From contig CDMY01000276.1 in the NCBI GenBank assembly GCA_001179505.1, positions 1 to 64,000 of the forward strand: 64,000 nucleotides of DNA. The letters run 5' to 3'. Shown piece after piece: positions 60,933 to 64,000 of this stretch. Every line of letters starts with the position of its first letter. Within the stretch, counting starts at the first letter, position 1. A program made the translations under genes and the position numbers. Under the pieces are notes generated by a model. That model was not told where the DNA came from. It did not search any database and saw only the letters and a program-made list of their open reading frames with translations. The DNA comes from Vitrella brassicaformis CCMP3155. Taxonomy: Eukaryota; Protista; Chromerida.

Positions 60933-62158
60933 ATGTTCAACTTGACGTTGGGTCAACTGCTGCTCCTGGCTCCGCTCCTGTGGCTGGCCTTCTTGACGGC
61001 TGAGTCGGCATCCTGGAAGTCCACCGTCCCGCACGCACTGAAGGTGGGCCAACGTCAAAATCATCGGCACCGATGACATTGTGCTGTGCCCCCTTGGCCC
61101 AACCTGTTTGTTTTAGCTGCAGCAGCGCATTAATGGCACACTGTCAACAGGAGCGGCAGTCGCATGGGGATGCGAGCAGAATGCGAGGCATACAGGTGCA
61201 AGCCTTCCGCTTCACCCACCAGCTTTGAGGACCTGCCCGACATCACTGACAGCCCGCCCCGCTGCTACGACAAGGAGACGAAACTTGTCTACTCCTGCGA
61301 CGGGCCCAACAAGCTGGTGTGTCACCGCACCGCATGTCTGCATGTATATTCATCGCCTCTCTTGCTGCGCGCCTTGTCGCATGCAGACCTATGTCGCGGC
61401 CCTCGAAGCCTCATCTGGGCATTTCTCCATCCAACCCTCATATGGAGATTTCTTCCATCTTACGAGAGCAGGCTACGACGCGCGCAACGAGTGGGCACAG
61501 CACCTCGCTCATACGAAGTCCTCTTACTTGTGTATATGACAACAGAGAACCGATACTTGAATGGCTCGGAACATATAGCGAGGTCCGAGATGGCGAGCCG
61601 CACAAGTGCTTCATTCGTGATCCCTTCGCCAAGTGCCCCACAAGAAGCGGTGGGTACTCGCAAAGTAGAGACATGCTCTGCCATGTCCACCCGTAGCTGC
61701 TGTTGTGTGTCTCATGCAGTTCTGCGCCCACCCTGCGCTCCAAGTGACTGCAGATTTGCCGGAGACAAGAAGGGCCCCTTTTCTTTCAAATCTGCCCCTG
61801 GATGCCTCAAAGAAGGGAAGGTCTACAAGTGCGACACGGCCAGCAAGACTCTGGTATGAAGAATAATACACCTACATGGCCGTACGTAAAGTGTCTTAAG
61901 AGTCCCCTGTCTCAATATAGATGTTGGTTCTTGACGTCACGGTGAATCAGGCCGAGAACACACAGCCGTTCCTTCAGGTCTGTCTGCGCAGACCGTATGT
62001 CAACACACACGTCGGCTTTTATTGTCTGTGCTGCACAGTTCACTGTGAAACGTCGCAGCCACTCCGGTTGGCAGCTCTACCAGTGCCGCCTGCCGAAAGT
62101 CTTCATCTGCCCCACCGACTTCACGGTCAAGAACATCGACTTCCTGAAAGGAGCCTGA
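60933..62158 (+). pseudogene. Secreted Cys-rich protein with an internal exon-level repeat; degenerate
   Basis: Signal peptide MFNLTLGQLLLLAPLLWLAFLTAESA; repeats CYDKETKLVYSCDGPNKL and CLKEGKVYKCDTASKTL both end at phase-0 donors; frameshift at ~61530 (YLCI* versus CVYDNREP); ends PKVFICPTDFTVKNIDFLKGA*. Confidence 0.5.
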
Positions 62159-62467
62159 GAAGAAATGAATCCCTCTGCAGCACATCACACAAAGACAGAG
62201 AGACAGAGACAGAGAGAGAGAGACAGAGAGATTCATGAACACACACGACAGGACAATCATTTGCGGACGGCAGTCCGTCCCCATGAAGTGGTCTGTCTGT
62301 CTGCTTTGTCTGTCTGTTTGTCTGTCTGTCGTCTCCCGACTGACCATGGAAACGTCCACAGTCTCTGTCTCAAGACGCACACAGACGCAAAAACCACTCA
62401 CAGTACAAAGCACACATGTCTGCACCCAGCCAGCACCCACCACTACTCCCCCCCTACGCTCACTCAG

Positions 62468-64000
62468 TCAGTGTCCGCCACTGTCTTGCTCGGCATCCTG
62501 GTCGACGTCCTCATGCTTCTTCAGCCTGACACCGCCCAGCCCAAGACACACGGCCATGAACGAGCCATCCACACGAGGGTGTCGATCCCAAGGAGGCCTG
62601 CCAGCCGCCTCCATGAGCACCATACACACGCACCTCTGCCGGAGTGACTTTATCTCTTCGTTTTTCTTCTGCAGCATCGACTGCACACACGCACACACAA
62701 AGATGCGCACGCACTCTCGTGCAGGATATGACACCCCGCCTCGCCTCTGTGTTGGTGCTCACCTTGAGCTGTTTGACGGGTGCCGACTCTGAGAGGCGCC
62801 TCTGCTGGTCGGCCTGCAGATCGGCCAGGGCTGCGTCTTTGGCTGACAGCAACGCCTGAACCAAACAAACAGCGTGTAGTACTGCTAGGTGCTTCCGTAC
62901 CGCCACGAGTGCGGCCAAACAAACAAACGTGCCTTTGTGTCGTTGAGCGATTTTTCGATCTCCTCCATCTGTGCCCTGCCAGCCGGCTGCATCAATTGGC
63001 CGGCATACGCGACACCCATCCATCCATCCATGTGTGTCGGTCGGCGTGCCGCGCGCTGCGTACCTCGCCCTCGATCTCTTTGAACTTCTTCTTGAGTATC
63101 TTGAAGTTGCCCTTGACCTTGTCGAGCTCCTCCCCCATCGCCGACCGCTCCTTCAGCAGCTCAGACAACTGCACACACTCACAGGGGACACACAGCATGT
63201 GTGGGTGGGTGAGTAGGGGTGTGTAGGTGTTTCTTTGCCTGCTGCTGCATCTGCTGCTGCCTGTCGATGAGCTGCTGGTTCTGATCCCTCGCCTCCTGCA
63301 GCTCATGCAGGGCCGTCGGCGAATGGCCAGAGGCCCCATGCGCTGCCTGACCGTCATGCAGACAGACGGACAGACAGACAGACCGGCAGACAGACAATGT
63401 GGTCAAGAAAGAGGGTATCCTTCTTTGTTGCTTACCCCCAGCACCGGCAAATGTCCTCGCTTGGCGGCGCCCTGCACACATTACACACATGGAGGTACAC
63501 TGACGGGCGCATTGGACGCTGCATGTCCTGTTGATATGTGCAGCCATGCAGTTACGTGTTCGTGTACGTGTGCGTCACCTCACCGAGGTGAGGTCGAGTT
63601 TTTTGAGGGCCGCGGTGGCCGAGGCGGCCTCACCCAACGCAGCAACCTCCTGCACACGATGCCTGAACAGATAGATAAAGCACTACACGCGTGTCTGTCC
63701 CTCCCTCCCTCCCTCCCTCCCTCCCTCCCTGTGTGTGTGGGTGTTGGCATCAGCCAGCTACGTACTGGTCTTCAGCGAGTGCGGTGTCGGACGAGAGTTG
63801 GACGGCCTGCTGCTGTGCGGCAGTGCACAGCTGCGCGAAGACGACGCCCGAGAGGTTGGCCAGGCTCTCCAGCTCCTCGCGCACCAGCTCCTTCAGCCGC
63901 TCACTTAACGCACCCAGCATCTCCTCGGCCTAATAGATGGATAGATGGATGGATGGATGTGTCTGCGAGTGAAGGACTCTCGGGAAGAACGTACGTCTTT
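62468..64000 (-). CDS. LZTFL1: LZTFL1/BBS17 orthologue (ciliary trafficking regulator), 5' end outside the window
   Basis: EEMLGALSERLKELVREELESLANLSGVVFAQLCTAAQQQAVQLSSDTALAED..VQEVAAL matches the LZTFL1 N-terminal pattern; C-terminal RLSESAPVKQLKSMLQKKNEEIKSLRQRLKKHE matches M..IL.KKN.QIK.LR.RL..YE. Confidence 0.75.

Overview
Eukaryotic, GC-rich, very intron-dense genomic DNA. Introns are short GT-AG introns filled with (GT)n, (CTGT)n and (GATG)n microsatellites. Gene content and style point to a chromerid alveolate, most likely Vitrella brassicaformis; this is inference, not a database result. Three 300-N scaffold gaps are present. Most listed ORFs are spurious or are exon fragments, so the gene models below were spliced by eye. 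From left to right: the 5' part of a Ty1/copia retrotransposon (gag and protease, minus strand, one frameshift); an ABHD17-type depalmitoylase; a HAD hydrolase with a bipartite-type leader; orphan cassette copy A; a ~4 kb ORF-poor stretch; a triple-CCCH zinc-finger gene; an unknown gene; TEX10/Ipi1; cassette copy B (inverted); NAPRT; a large coiled-coil gene; a partial cassette copy C; an F-box-like gene; a SUZ-domain gene; an FKBP-like + CS-domain gene with a plastid-type leader; a frameshifted orphan; a secreted beta-rich protein with an internal stop, head-to-head with a secreted beta-helix + 3x PAN/Apple adhesin; a degenerate Cys-rich secreted gene; and the 3' part of LZTFL1/BBS17. The most unusual feature is a dispersed three-gene orphan cassette (called X-Y-Z here). 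It occurs as a ~3-3.5 kb inverted pair bracketing ~15 kb plus further fragments, and its ends sit next to host start codons. Its secreted gene Y has a constant N-terminus with an in-frame TAG shared by both copies, but unrelated Cys-rich C-termini.
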